From an uncultured Holophagales bacterium (GTDB taxonomy: Bacteria; Acidobacteriota; Thermoanaerobaculia; Multivoradales; UBA5704): a stretch of DNA of 64,000 nt. A program made the translations under genes and the position numbers. The notes under the pieces were generated by a model. That model made no database searches, had not been told where the DNA came from, and saw nothing but the letters and a program-made list of their open reading frames with translations. The first letter of the stretch is position 1. The number at the start of each line of letters is the position of its first letter. Positions 38,124 through 47,257 of the stretch are shown piece after piece. Where the stretch lies: the NCBI GenBank assembly GCA_963842525.1, contig CAWJGT010000004.1:192001-256000 (forward strand), given 5' to 3'.

Positions 38124-40853
38124 TCACAATCCGGCGAGAGGGAGCGCCCACAGCTCGCGGCCGTGGGTCCCGTCGTCGGCGCCGAAGAACAGCAGCTTGT
38201 CCGTGGCCGTGAAGCTGGACGGTGAGGAGGCATCCGGCCCGGGAGCGAGATCGCCGAGACGGCGGGTGCCGCCGGGCGTGCCGTTGCTGATCCAGGGCTC
38301 CAGGCCGGCCTCGCCGTCGTCCGCGGCGAAGAGCAGCCTGCCGCCGATCGCCGTCAGAGCCTGCGGGTAGGAGCCCTTGGGACCCGGCCGCAGCTCCAGA
38401 AGGCGGGTGCCGCGGAAGGTGCCATCGCTGACGAACAGCTCCGGGCCGGTCGTCTCGTTGTCCACGACGAAGAAGAGCAGGTTGCCGGCCACGGTCAGGT
38501 CGTGTCCTCGCGAGGGCACGCCCTGCAAGGCCAGGCGGCGGATCAGGACGGTCCCGGCCGCGGTGCCGTCCGTGCGCCAGAGCCCCTCCCCGGTGCCGGT
38601 CTCCGCGAGGAAATAGACCTTGCCGCCAAGCGCGACCAGCTCGCGGGGCGAGGAGCCGGCGGCCCCGGGCAGCAGGTCGCGGACGAGCCGCGTTCCCGCG
38701 GGCGTGCCGTCGCTTCGCCAGAGCTCGCGGCCGGCTGTTTCCTCTCCCGCGGCGAAGAGCACGGTGTTGCCGAGGCGCAGCAGGAATTCGGGATTGGAGC
38801 TGTGGGTCGACGTCTCGCCATCCTGCGCATCGACGCGCGGGTCGATGTCGAGCACCGGCCGGGTGCCGGGGGCGGTGCCGTCGGTGGCCCACAGCTCGCG
38901 GCCGGTGAGGCCGTCGTCGGCCGCGAAGAGGAGCTGCGAGCCGATCCGTACGGCTCCGCTGGGGCTGGACGAGCCGATGACGGGCGGAGAGGTGATCGGC
39001 GGCTGATAGATCTGCCGATTGAGGTCGTCTAGGAGGTGGGTTCCGGCGGGCGTGCCGTTGCTGATCCACGGCTCGTGCCCGCTGCCCCTGAAGTGGCTGT
39101 CCTCCGTGCTGGCGCTGAAAAAGGCTCCGGTGCCGTCGGGCGTGATCTCTTCGATGTTGAAGACCTCGGTCATCCGTGCGGTCCCATGGGCCGTTCCATC
39201 GGTCCGCCAGAGGCCCTGGTGCAATCCCGGTTGTTGCGGGTTTGCGCCGCTGAACCAGAGGCGGCCCCCGCCACGCGCAAAGGCCTGCGGCCAGGCCACC
39301 TGGCGGTTCACCGGCCTGGTCCGCGCGGCAGTGCCGTCGCTGCGCCAGAGAAACGCGGCTTCGTCGCCGCTGCGGGCCGAAAACATCGCCCAACGCCCCA
39401 GAGCCGCGATGTCCGACACGGCAGACCCGGGGCCCGCATGGATGTCGCGGACCAGCGCGGTGCCGGCCTCGGTGCCGTCCGAGCACCAGAGCTCTGCGCC
39501 GGTCTCCGCGAGACGCAGGTTGAAGCACACCCTGGCGCCTGTTGCGATCAGGCGGCTTCCTTCGGAGTAGCCGGTGTAGAAAGGCGGTCCGGGCGAGAGG
39601 CAGCTCCGTTGAGCTCCGCACAAAGCGGCAGCGTTCCGCGCCTGGCAGGTGTCGCCCGCGATCTCCCACAGGTCCACGGAGCTGCCTTCGCGGAAGAGGA
39701 AAAAGGCGCGGTCGGCGACGCTCTGCAGATCGAAGATCCAGCCTTCTGAGCCGGATTGCCAGACCTGCCGGGTCGTGGCCGTCGTCCCCTGGCTGGACCA
39801 GATGGAGAAGCGGCCGGTCGCAGGCTCTCGCATCCAGAGAAGAGCGCCGCAGCCCGAGGAGGCGATCCGGTCCACCCAAAAACCCGGCCCGAAATGGTGC
39901 ACCATGGAGGTTCCCGCCGGGGTGCCGTCCGAGCGCCAGAGATCTCCGTCGTGGAAATAGAACAGCAGGTCGTTCCAGGCCGCAGGCATCCACGGGGCAC
40001 TGTCCGGGCGGACCGCGAAAGTTCCGGCGCGGGTGCCATCCGTCACCCACAGGTCTTTTTTCGCGCTCAACGGTTCTTCCGAAGCCCAGAAGAACGCCCG
40101 GCGGCCCGCTGCCGTGAGATCCAGGAGGTACTTCAGAGTCCCGCCAGGATTGAAGTCGATCCGATAGGTTCCGAGGGATGTGCCGTCGCTGCGCCAGAGC
40201 TGGTAGGAGGAGTAGTCGTAGGTCACTGTGAACAAGAGGGCGTCCGGCAGGGAGACCAGAGGTCCGGCCATGAAGCCAGGCGCCGAAGCGGGATCGAAGG
40301 CGACGCGCGTGCCTTCCCGGGTGCCGTCGGTCACCCAGAGCTTCTCGTTCCCCGAAGCGGGATTGGCGCGGAAAAAGACCCGGCCGCCCGCGGCGGTGAA
40401 CGAGGAGCGATCGAGGTAGGACGAGCAGGGGCCTGGACAGACGTCGCGGAGCATCCGGGTGCCCTGGCGGGTGCCGTCCGAGGTCCAGGCCTCCTGGCCG
40501 AACACACCGTCCGACGCGATGAAATAGAGCCGCTTCCCATCCGAGAAGAGCTCCTGAATGAAGGAGCCTACGGGTCCAGGCCAGATGTCGGCCACCCGCC
40601 GGGTCCCTGCGGCTGTCCCGTCGCTGCGCCACAGCTCGCTGCCATGCGCAGGGTCGGCCGCGGCGAAGTAGAGCACGCCCCCGAGGTCCGCTGCCTGGAC
40701 ATGGCTGAACGACGCCTCCGGGAGCGCGCTGCCGTTGATCGAGGCCTGGTTGAGGTCCGCCACCAGATAGGGAGATTGCGCGCCGGCGGCAGCCATCGCG
40801 CAGAGGACCAGCACCACAGCCAGGGTACAGCTCGACCGCCACAAAGTGCTCAT
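38124..40853 (-). CDS. ELWxxDGT repeat protein, secreted
   Basis: More than 12 ELWRSDGT/LWVTDGT repeats, signal peptide, SD AGGAGG. Confidence 0.93.
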   Translation of the reverse strand: MSTLWRSSCTLAVVLVLCAMAAAGAQSPYLVADLNQASINGSALPEASFSHVQAADLGGVLYFAAADPAHGSELWRSDGTAAGTRRVADIWPGPVGSFIQELFSDGKRLYFIASDGVFGQEAWTSDGTRQGTRMLRDVCPGPCSSYLDRSSFTAAGGRVFFRANPASGNEKLWVTDGTREGTRVAFDPASAPGFMAGPLVSLPDALLFTVTYDYSSYQLWRSDGTSLGTYRIDFNPGGTLKYLLDLTAAGRRAFFWASEEPLSAKKDLWVTDGTRAGTFAVRPDSAPWMPAAWNDLLFYFHDGDLWRSDGTPAGTSMVHHFGPGFWVDRIASSGCGALLWMREPATGRFSIWSSQGTTATTRQVWQSGSEGWIFDLQSVADRAFFLFREGSSVDLWEIAGDTCQARNAAALCGAQRSCLSPGPPFYTGYSEGSRLIATGARVCFNLRLAETGAELWCSDGTEAGTALVRDIHAGPGSAVSDIAALGRWAMFSARSGDEAAFLWRSDGTAARTRPVNRQVAWPQAFARGGGRLWFSGANPQQPGLHQGLWRTDGTAHGTARMTEVFNIEEITPDGTGAFFSASTEDSHFRGSGHEPWISNGTPAGTHLLDDLNRQIYQPPITSPPVIGSSSPSGAVRIGSQLLFAADDGLTGRELWATDGTAPGTRPVLDIDPRVDAQDGETSTHSSNPEFLLRLGNTVLFAAGEETAGRELWRSDGTPAGTRLVRDLLPGAAGSSPRELVALGGKVYFLAETGTGEGLWRTDGTAAGTVLIRRLALQGVPSRGHDLTVAGNLLFFVVDNETTGPELFVSDGTFRGTRLLELRPGPKGSYPQALTAIGGRLLFAADDGEAGLEPWISNGTPGGTRRLGDLAPGPDASSPSSFTATDKLLFFGADDGTHGRELWALPLAGL

Positions 40854-41005
40854 CGGGGCCCTCCTCTTTATGCTGTTATAGCTTAGCACAGTCCAGGGAT
40901 GCCGCGCCGCGTTATCGGCTTGCCGCAGCTTGACGTAATCGCCGTCCTGTGGCACGCTGACCAGCGACCGTCGCCGGGTCTCCGGCGACCTGATGGAGCT
41001 TCAAC

Positions 41006-42571
41006 ATGGCCATCCTCAGCGAAACGATTCCGACCCCCGTCAAGCTGGACGACCTGGCGGCCCGGGTGACGACCGCAGGCCCGCGCGAGGCCCTGGCGGT
41101 CCATGCTCCTGCGACCGGGCAGCTCCTGGGCGAGGTCCCTCTGTGCACCCCTGACGACGTCCGGGAAGCGGTGCGCCGGGCTCGGACTGCGCAGGAGGAT
41201 TGGGCGCACCGCACCTTCGAAGAGCGGGCGGAGGTGTTCGTCCGCTTCCACGACCTGCTGCTCGAGCGCCAGGAGGAGATCCTGGACCTGATCCAGCTCG
41301 AGTCCGGCAAGGCACGGAAGCACGCCTTCGAGGAGGTCGCGGACACGGCCATCGTGGCCCGCTATTACGCCTTGAATGCGGAGGATCACCTGGCGCCGCG
41401 GCGCCGGAGGGGAGCCCTGCCCGGAATCACCGTGGCCTGGGAGCACCACCACCCGGTGGGCGTCGTGGGGATCATCGCGCCCTGGAACTATCCGCTCTCG
41501 ATGGCCGTGACCGACGCCATCCCGGCCCTGATGGCCGGCAATGCCGTCGTCCTCAAGCCGGACCAGAAAACCCCGTTTACGGCGCTCTGGGCCGTGGACC
41601 TGCTGGCCGAGGCGGGGCTCCCTGCCGGGCTCCTCCATGTCGTGACCGGCGAGGGAGCGGTGCTCGGGACCCCCCTGATCGAGAGCTGCGATTTCCTCGG
41701 CTTCACCGGCAGCACCGCGACCGGCCGCAAGGTGGCGCGACAGGCCGGCGAGCGCCTGATCGGCTGCTCGCTGGAGCTGGGTGGCAAGAACCCCATGCTC
41801 GTCCTGGCCGACGCCGACCTCGAAGCGGCGGTCGCCGGGGCGATCCGCGGCTGCTTCAGCAGCGCCGGGCAGCTCTGCATCTCGATCGAGCGGCTGTACG
41901 TCCACGACGCGATCCATCACCGCTTCGTCGACCTCTTCGTGCGCGAGACGAAGGCCCTGCGGCTCGCCGCCAGCCTCGACTACGAGGCCGACATGGGCTG
42001 TCTGATCTCGGTCGACCACCTCGCCAAGGTGGACGGGCACGTGCGCGATGCCGTGGCCAAGGGCGCGACCGTCCTTGCCGGCGGCCAGACGCGGCCTGAC
42101 CTCGGCCCGACTTACTACGAGCCGACCATCCTGACCGGCGTCACACCGGACATGACGGTCTTCGCCGAGGAGACCTTCGGTCCGGTCGTATCGGTCGAGC
42201 GTTTCGAGTCCGTTCACGACGCCATCGAACGGGCGAACGCCAGCCGGTACGGCCTCAACGCCAGCGTCTGGACGCGCGACCTCGACCATGGCCATCGGAT
42301 CGCGACCCGCCTCCAGGCCGGCACGGTCAACGTCAACGAGGCCTATGCCGCGGCCTGGGCCTCGGTCGACGCACCCATGGGCGGCTTCAAGGATTCCGGC
42401 CTGGGCCGCCGTCATGGCGCCCAAGGCATCCTCAAATACACCGAAGCACAGACCGTCGCCATCCAGCGCGGCCTGCCGCTCGCCGCTCCGGCGGGAGTCG
42501 CCGACGAGATCTTCAGCCGGGCGCTCAGCATGACGCTCAAGGCCCTGCGTCACATCCCCGGCCTGCGCTGA
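41006..42571 (+). CDS. Aldehyde dehydrogenase (succinate-semialdehyde dehydrogenase-like)
   Basis: APWNYP, FTGSTATG, LELGGKNP, GQLCISIER, EETFGP. Confidence 0.93.
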   Translation: MAILSETIPTPVKLDDLAARVTTAGPREALAVHAPATGQLLGEVPLCTPDDVREAVRRARTAQEDWAHRTFEERAEVFVRFHDLLLERQEEILDLIQLESGKARKHAFEEVADTAIVARYYALNAEDHLAPRRRRGALPGITVAWEHHHPVGVVGIIAPWNYPLSMAVTDAIPALMAGNAVVLKPDQKTPFTALWAVDLLAEAGLPAGLLHVVTGEGAVLGTPLIESCDFLGFTGSTATGRKVARQAGERLIGCSLELGGKNPMLVLADADLEAAVAGAIRGCFSSAGQLCISIERLYVHDAIHHRFVDLFVRETKALRLAASLDYEADMGCLISVDHLAKVDGHVRDAVAKGATVLAGGQTRPDLGPTYYEPTILTGVTPDMTVFAEETFGPVVSVERFESVHDAIERANASRYGLNASVWTRDLDHGHRIATRLQAGTVNVNEAYAAAWASVDAPMGGFKDSGLGRRHGAQGILKYTEAQTVAIQRGLPLAAPAGVADEIFSRALSMTLKALRHIPGLR

Positions 42572-42588
42572 GGCGGCCGGGAGGAGGG

Positions 42589-43686
42589 ATGTTTCTCATG
42601 CCCACGCACTTCTTCACGGGTTTTCCGGGATTCCTGGGCTCGGAGCTCGTGCCGCGCGTCCTCGCGCGTTCCGCGGCGGATGACGTCGTCTGCCTCGTCC
42701 AGCCCAAGTTCGCCGACCTCGCCCGCCAGCGCGTGCGGGAGATCGAGGCCCGCGAGCCGCGCTACGCCGGCCGCATCCGCCTCGTCGAAGGGGACATCAC
42801 TCGCCCCGGCCTCGGCCTGGAGAGTCCGAGCGCCCTCCAGCAGGGCATCACCGAGGTCTGGCACCTTGCCGCCGTCTACGACCTGAGCGTCCGCCGCGGC
42901 GTGGGAATGAAGATCAATGTCGAAGGCACCCGCAACGTCCTCGACTTCGCCGAGGGTTGCGACGGGCTGACGCGGTTCCAGTACGTCAGCACCTGCTACG
43001 TATCAGGCCGCTACGCCGGGATCTTCCGCGAGACCGACCTCGCCAAGGGGCAGACCTTCAACAACTTTTACGAGGAGACCAAGTTCCTCGCCGAGGTGGA
43101 GGTCCAGGAGCGGATGAAGAAGGGCCTGCCGGCGACCATCTACCGGCCGGCGATCGTGGTCGGGGACAGCCAGACGGGCGCGACGCAGAAATACGACGGC
43201 CCGTACTTCGCGATCCGTTGGCTCCTGAAACAGCCGGGCCTGGCCCTGATGCCGGTCGTGGGGGATACCCACCGCACGCGCCTGAACCTTGTGCCGCGGG
43301 ACTTCGTGATCGGAGCCATCGCCCATCTGAGCGGCGAGGACAAGTCCCTGGGCAGGGTCTACCAACTCGCCGATCCCGAGCCGTTGACGATCGACGAGAT
43401 CCTCACCGCCGTCGCCCGCGCCACGGGCCGCGTCGTCGTCCGTGTGCCGCTGCCGGTCGGGATCGCCAAGACCGCCATCGACTGGCTGCCCGGGGTCTAC
43501 CGCCTGATGCAGATCCCCTCGGCGGCCATCGACTATTTCGTCCACCCGACCTACTACGACACCTCCCACACCGTCGCCGACCTGGCCGGCAGCGGCCTCC
43601 AGGCGCCGCCGCTGCGCTCGTACCTGCCGACCCTCGTCTCCTTCATGAGAGGGCATCCCGAGCTGAGCTCGGAAGCGATGGTGTGA
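42589..43686 (+). CDS. Extended SDR oxidoreductase (fatty acyl/thioester reductase-like)
   Basis: TGFPGFLG, HLAAVYD, YEETK, YRPAIVVGDS. Confidence 0.9.
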   Translation: MFLMPTHFFTGFPGFLGSELVPRVLARSAADDVVCLVQPKFADLARQRVREIEAREPRYAGRIRLVEGDITRPGLGLESPSALQQGITEVWHLAAVYDLSVRRGVGMKINVEGTRNVLDFAEGCDGLTRFQYVSTCYVSGRYAGIFRETDLAKGQTFNNFYEETKFLAEVEVQERMKKGLPATIYRPAIVVGDSQTGATQKYDGPYFAIRWLLKQPGLALMPVVGDTHRTRLNLVPRDFVIGAIAHLSGEDKSLGRVYQLADPEPLTIDEILTAVARATGRVVVRVPLPVGIAKTAIDWLPGVYRLMQIPSAAIDYFVHPTYYDTSHTVADLAGSGLQAPPLRSYLPTLVSFMRGHPELSSEAMV

Positions 43687-43715
43687 GGGGGGGCGCCCCG
43701 GCCGGGGCAGGTCCG

Positions 43716-45371
43716 TCAAGCCGGCCGGCGGCGCGCCAGCAGCAGCGTCCGGTCATCAGCGAATGGGATGCCGCCAGCGAACGCCTCCAGGTCGTCCGCA
43801 AGAGCCGCTGCGATCTCTTCACAGCTCGCTGACCGGTGCCGGAGACAGGCTGCGGTCAGCCGCTCCAGGCCGTACTCCTCGTCATCAGGATTCACCGCCT
43901 CGACGAGCCCGTCCGTGTAGATCACCAGCATGTCCTCCGGGCCGAGGAGCGTCTCGGCCAGGCGGTACGGCGCGGCGACGAGGAGCGCGATGGGGATGCC
44001 CGTCGGCCCCAGCCGTTCCACCTCGCCCGTAGCGCGGACGAGGAGGGGCGGGTTGTGGCCGGCGTTGGTGTAGCGGACGATGCCGCTCGCCGTCTCGAGC
44101 ACGGCGACGAAGGCGGTGGCGTACTTCTCGGGCGGTGTGCGGCGGTGGAGCTGGCGGGAGAGCCGGTCGCAGATCTGGTCGGGCGGCAGGCCGTCCTCGA
44201 TCGGTCCGGCGGCAAGGGCTTCCAGGCTCGCCGTCAGCAGAGAAGCCGCCATTCCCTTGCCGGCGACGTCGGCCACCAGGAGGACGCACTCCTCGCCGGA
44301 GCGCCGGACGAGGACCTGGTAATAGTCGCCGGACACGCCGCGCGAGGGGACCGTGCCGCCGTGGAGCTCATAGCCGGCGACCTCCGGCAGGTGGTCGGGG
44401 AGCAGGGCGAGCTGGATGCGCCGCGCCAGCGCCACCTCCTCTTCGAAACGTCGCCGCTCGGCTGCTTCGAGCGCGAGGGCCGCGTTGCGCAGGTGGAGAG
44501 CAGCGACCGAAGCGAGAGAGATGAGGAGGTCCATGTCCTCCTCGGTGAACTGCCGTACCAGGAGGCGCGAGTCGAGCGCGATCATTCCCAGCGGACCCTC
44601 CGGGCCGAGCATGGGGGCTGCGACCAGGCTCCGCACGCCGAAGATCCGCAGGCTCTGGGCCTGTGAGAAACGCTGGTCGGTCTGCACGTCGAGGACGAGG
44701 GCCGCCAATCCTTTGTCCGCGACCTCACGGACCAGGCTGCGGGAGCAGGGCAGCTCCTCAAGGGTGCCCACAGCGGAGCGGCTGGCGGCACGCCGGTGCC
44801 CGCCGCCGGCGGTGCGGAGAAAGATGGCGCCGCGCTCGGGCCGCAGGTGGTCGAACACCCGGTCGAGGATCAGCTCCAGGAGCTCGTCAAGGCCGAGCGA
44901 CCGCCCCAGGGCCTGGTGGACCTCGTTGACGAGCCGTAGCCGCTCGGCGTAACGACGCAGGGCCTCCTCACCCTCGACTCGGGAGGGGTCCCGCGAAGCG
45001 TCGTCGAGGATGTCCGCGGCCCGGCGGAACACGGTCGCACCGTCCAGCGGAGTCTCGCTTTCCTCGGCTGTTTCCGGCGCATGGAGCGTGATCGTGAAGT
45101 CGGAGATCCGCACCACGTCTCCCGGACGGACCGGCGTGGCGCTCCGCACAGCCTGGCCGTTGAGCAGCGTGCCGTGCCGGGAGCCCAGGTCCTCGAGGAA
45201 CAGCTCCGACCCGCTGCGAAAAAGCCGCGCGTGCTGGCGGGAGAGCAACGGATCGGCGAGCACCAGCCCGGCATTCGTAGAACGGCCGATGACGAGCGAT
45301 TCGCCGTCGAAGAGCTGCTCAAATGGGGAGCCATGGGCCGGGGCGACCTGGAGACGGAGCATCGGCGTCAC
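43716..45371 (-). CDS. FHA-GAF-SpoIIE (PP2C) phosphatase
   Basis: IGRS...SRQHA...DLGSRHGT (FHA); GAF; SGDYY, ADVAGKG, NAGHNPP, YTDGLVE, DDRT. Confidence 0.93.
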   Translation of the reverse strand: MTPMLRLQVAPAHGSPFEQLFDGESLVIGRSTNAGLVLADPLLSRQHARLFRSGSELFLEDLGSRHGTLLNGQAVRSATPVRPGDVVRISDFTITLHAPETAEESETPLDGATVFRRAADILDDASRDPSRVEGEEALRRYAERLRLVNEVHQALGRSLGLDELLELILDRVFDHLRPERGAIFLRTAGGGHRRAASRSAVGTLEELPCSRSLVREVADKGLAALVLDVQTDQRFSQAQSLRIFGVRSLVAAPMLGPEGPLGMIALDSRLLVRQFTEEDMDLLISLASVAALHLRNAALALEAAERRRFEEEVALARRIQLALLPDHLPEVAGYELHGGTVPSRGVSGDYYQVLVRRSGEECVLLVADVAGKGMAASLLTASLEALAAGPIEDGLPPDQICDRLSRQLHRRTPPEKYATAFVAVLETASGIVRYTNAGHNPPLLVRATGEVERLGPTGIPIALLVAAPYRLAETLLGPEDMLVIYTDGLVEAVNPDDEEYGLERLTAACLRHRSASCEEIAAALADDLEAFAGGIPFADDRTLLLARRRPA

Positions 45372-45529
45372 CGCAACCCTTCGACCAGGTAGAGCTCGGA
45401 AAGCAAACGGCCATAGGTGTAGGCGACCGCCTTGGCCTCGCGGGCGCGGTAGACCTCTCCCATGCCGCCGGAGCCGAGCGGCGCAACGATCTCGTAGCAG
45501 CCGAGACGGGTACCGGGCGAAATGGTCAC
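45368..45529 (-). pseudogene. Ser/Thr protein kinase remnant (N- and C-termini only)
   Basis: PGTRLGCYEIVAPLGSGGMGEVYRAR fused to AYTYGRLLSELYLVEGLR. Confidence 0.8.
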
Positions 45530-45609
45530 AGGGGGCACCGGAAAGAATAAATCAGATGCTAATACGAGGGGGTTGAAGAAGCCGACCCCCTTGGTGACCG
45601 CGGGCGCGG

Positions 45610-45795
45610 CTACCGGCCCGGGTGCGGAGACCGGGTCGGGTCGGGGGGTCGGCGCATCCGCGGAAAGGAATCCCACGGCGATGGCAGGTTCGAACGCGCA
45701 GGGCTCAACCGGAGGTTGAGGTACCCGCGCGCCGGAGTCCGGCGATCGTCCGCCCCCGGCTTGTGCGGGGCCGGAACGACCGGCCATGTATGCAT
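45610..45795 (-). CDS. Putative 61-aa small protein
   Basis: SD AGGAG and a sigma54 promoter immediately upstream; no recognisable domain. Confidence 0.4.
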   Translation of the reverse strand: MHTWPVVPAPHKPGADDRRTPARGYLNLRLSPARSNLPSPWDSFPRMRRPPDPTRSPHPGR

Positions 45796-45818
45796 GGTAC
45801 TCCTATCGCAGAGATCTC

Positions 45819-45835
45819 GCAAATCCCCGTGCCAA
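45819..45835 (-). promoter_or_regulatory. Sigma54 -24/-12 promoter
   Basis: TTGGCACGGGGATTTGC matches TGGCACG-N4-TTGC. Confidence 0.75.
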
Positions 45836-45840
45836 AATTC

Positions 45841-46191
45841 TCAATGGACCCCGACCGCTGACATGTGCCGGCAGGACTCGGCGCACTGGCGGCAGGTCTC
45901 CGCGCACTCCCGCATCCGGGTGTCGTTGCCCAGCCGCTCACAGTCCTCGGCGCAGCGCTCGCAGACCTCCGCGCAGGCGCGGCAGGTCTCGGTGTGCAGC
46001 TCTGAGCCCCGGACCATGAAATTGGCGCTGGTCTGGCAGATCTCGACGCAGTCGAGCAGCAGCCGGATGTGCGCCGGCTCCGCATGGGCTCCCCCCTTCT
46101 GCAGGCAGTAGCCGACGGTCGACAGGCAGACGTCGTGGCACTCCTGGCAGAGCTCGATGCAGCGCCCCATCTCCTGGGATGAATGGGCCAT
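45841..46191 (-). CDS. Four-helix bundle copper-binding protein (Csp3/DUF326)
   Basis: Repeated CxxxCxxC, 116 aa, SD AAGGAGGT. Confidence 0.92.
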   Translation of the reverse strand: MAHSSQEMGRCIELCQECHDVCLSTVGYCLQKGGAHAEPAHIRLLLDCVEICQTSANFMVRGSELHTETCRACAEVCERCAEDCERLGNDTRMRECAETCRQCAESCRHMSAVGVH

Positions 46192-46239
46192 GGTGGTACC
46201 TCCTTTGAATCCTGGCCGGTTTCTTCCGGACGGTTCCAG

Positions 46240-46254
46240 GCACAGAATCTGTGC
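46240..46254. promoter_or_regulatory. 7-1-7 palindrome, candidate metalloregulator operator
   Basis: GCACAGA-A-TCTGTGC between divergent metal genes. Confidence 0.5.
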
Positions 46255-46326
46255 AAGCCGCGAACCACATCCCGGCTGAGGGCCAGGGGTTGCCCGGGAG
46301 CCGAAAGGCACAGGAGAATGCAGGGC

Positions 46327-47235
46327 ATGAGCGCTGGGCACGGGCACCACCACCGGCATCACCACGGCCGGGCGAGCCGGAACCGGCGGCGCCTCCTCCT
46401 GACGCTGGCCCTCACGGCGGTCTACATGCTGGCCGAGTTGGTCGGCGGGCTCGTCAGCGGGTCCCTGGCCCTGCTCGCGGACGCGGGGCACATGCTGTCG
46501 GATACCGCGGCCCTCGGCTTGTCCCTGTTCGCCATGTGGGTGTCGCAACGTCCGCCGACCCCCCGGCGCACCTGGGGCTACTACCGGACCGAGATCCTCG
46601 CCGCTCTCGCCAACGGCGCGACCCTGGTGGCGATCTCCGTGTTCATCCTGCTCGAAGCGTTCGAAAGGCTGCGCAACCCTCCCGAGGTGGACGCCCCCCT
46701 GATGATGGCCATTGCCGGGGGAGGCCTGATCGTCAACCTGCTCGGCCTCTACGTGCTGAGCGGTGGCCGGTCGGAGAGCCTGAACGTGCGGGGGGCCTGG
46801 CTGCACGTGCTGACCGACGCCCTGGGTAGCGTGCAGGCCATCGCCGCCGGTGTCCTGATCTGGGCCTTCGGATGGAGTTGGGCCGACCCCGCCGCCTCGA
46901 TCCTCATCGCGCTGCTGGTCGTCTACTCGGCTTGGGGCCTGCTGCGCGAGACCGTCAGCGTCCTGATGGAGGGGACGCCGCACCACATCGACGTCGACGA
47001 GGTTCGCGACGCGCTGATGGAGGTCCCGGAGGTCATCGGGGTTCATGACCTCCACTGCTGGACGATCACCAGCGGCATGGAGTCGCTGTCCGCCCACGTC
47101 GTCGTGGAGGAGGGATGCGCGGAGTGCGCCAAGCTGGTGGAGGTCCGCGCCCTGCTCCACAACCGCTTTGGGATCGACCACCTGACGATTCAGATCGAGT
47201 CCGAGGAGTTCGAGGAGCACGGGCTGCACGCTTGA
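46327..47235 (+). CDS. czcD: Cation diffusion facilitator (CzcD/ZitB-like)
   Basis: His-rich N-terminus, SLALLADAGHMLSD, LNVRGAWLHVLTDALGS, HDLHCWTI. Confidence 0.9.
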   Translation: MSAGHGHHHRHHHGRASRNRRRLLLTLALTAVYMLAELVGGLVSGSLALLADAGHMLSDTAALGLSLFAMWVSQRPPTPRRTWGYYRTEILAALANGATLVAISVFILLEAFERLRNPPEVDAPLMMAIAGGGLIVNLLGLYVLSGGRSESLNVRGAWLHVLTDALGSVQAIAAGVLIWAFGWSWADPAASILIALLVVYSAWGLLRETVSVLMEGTPHHIDVDEVRDALMEVPEVIGVHDLHCWTITSGMESLSAHVVVEEGCAECAKLVEVRALLHNRFGIDHLTIQIESEEFEEHGLHA

Positions 47236-47257
47236 ACGGTAAGATGGGGACACGCCC

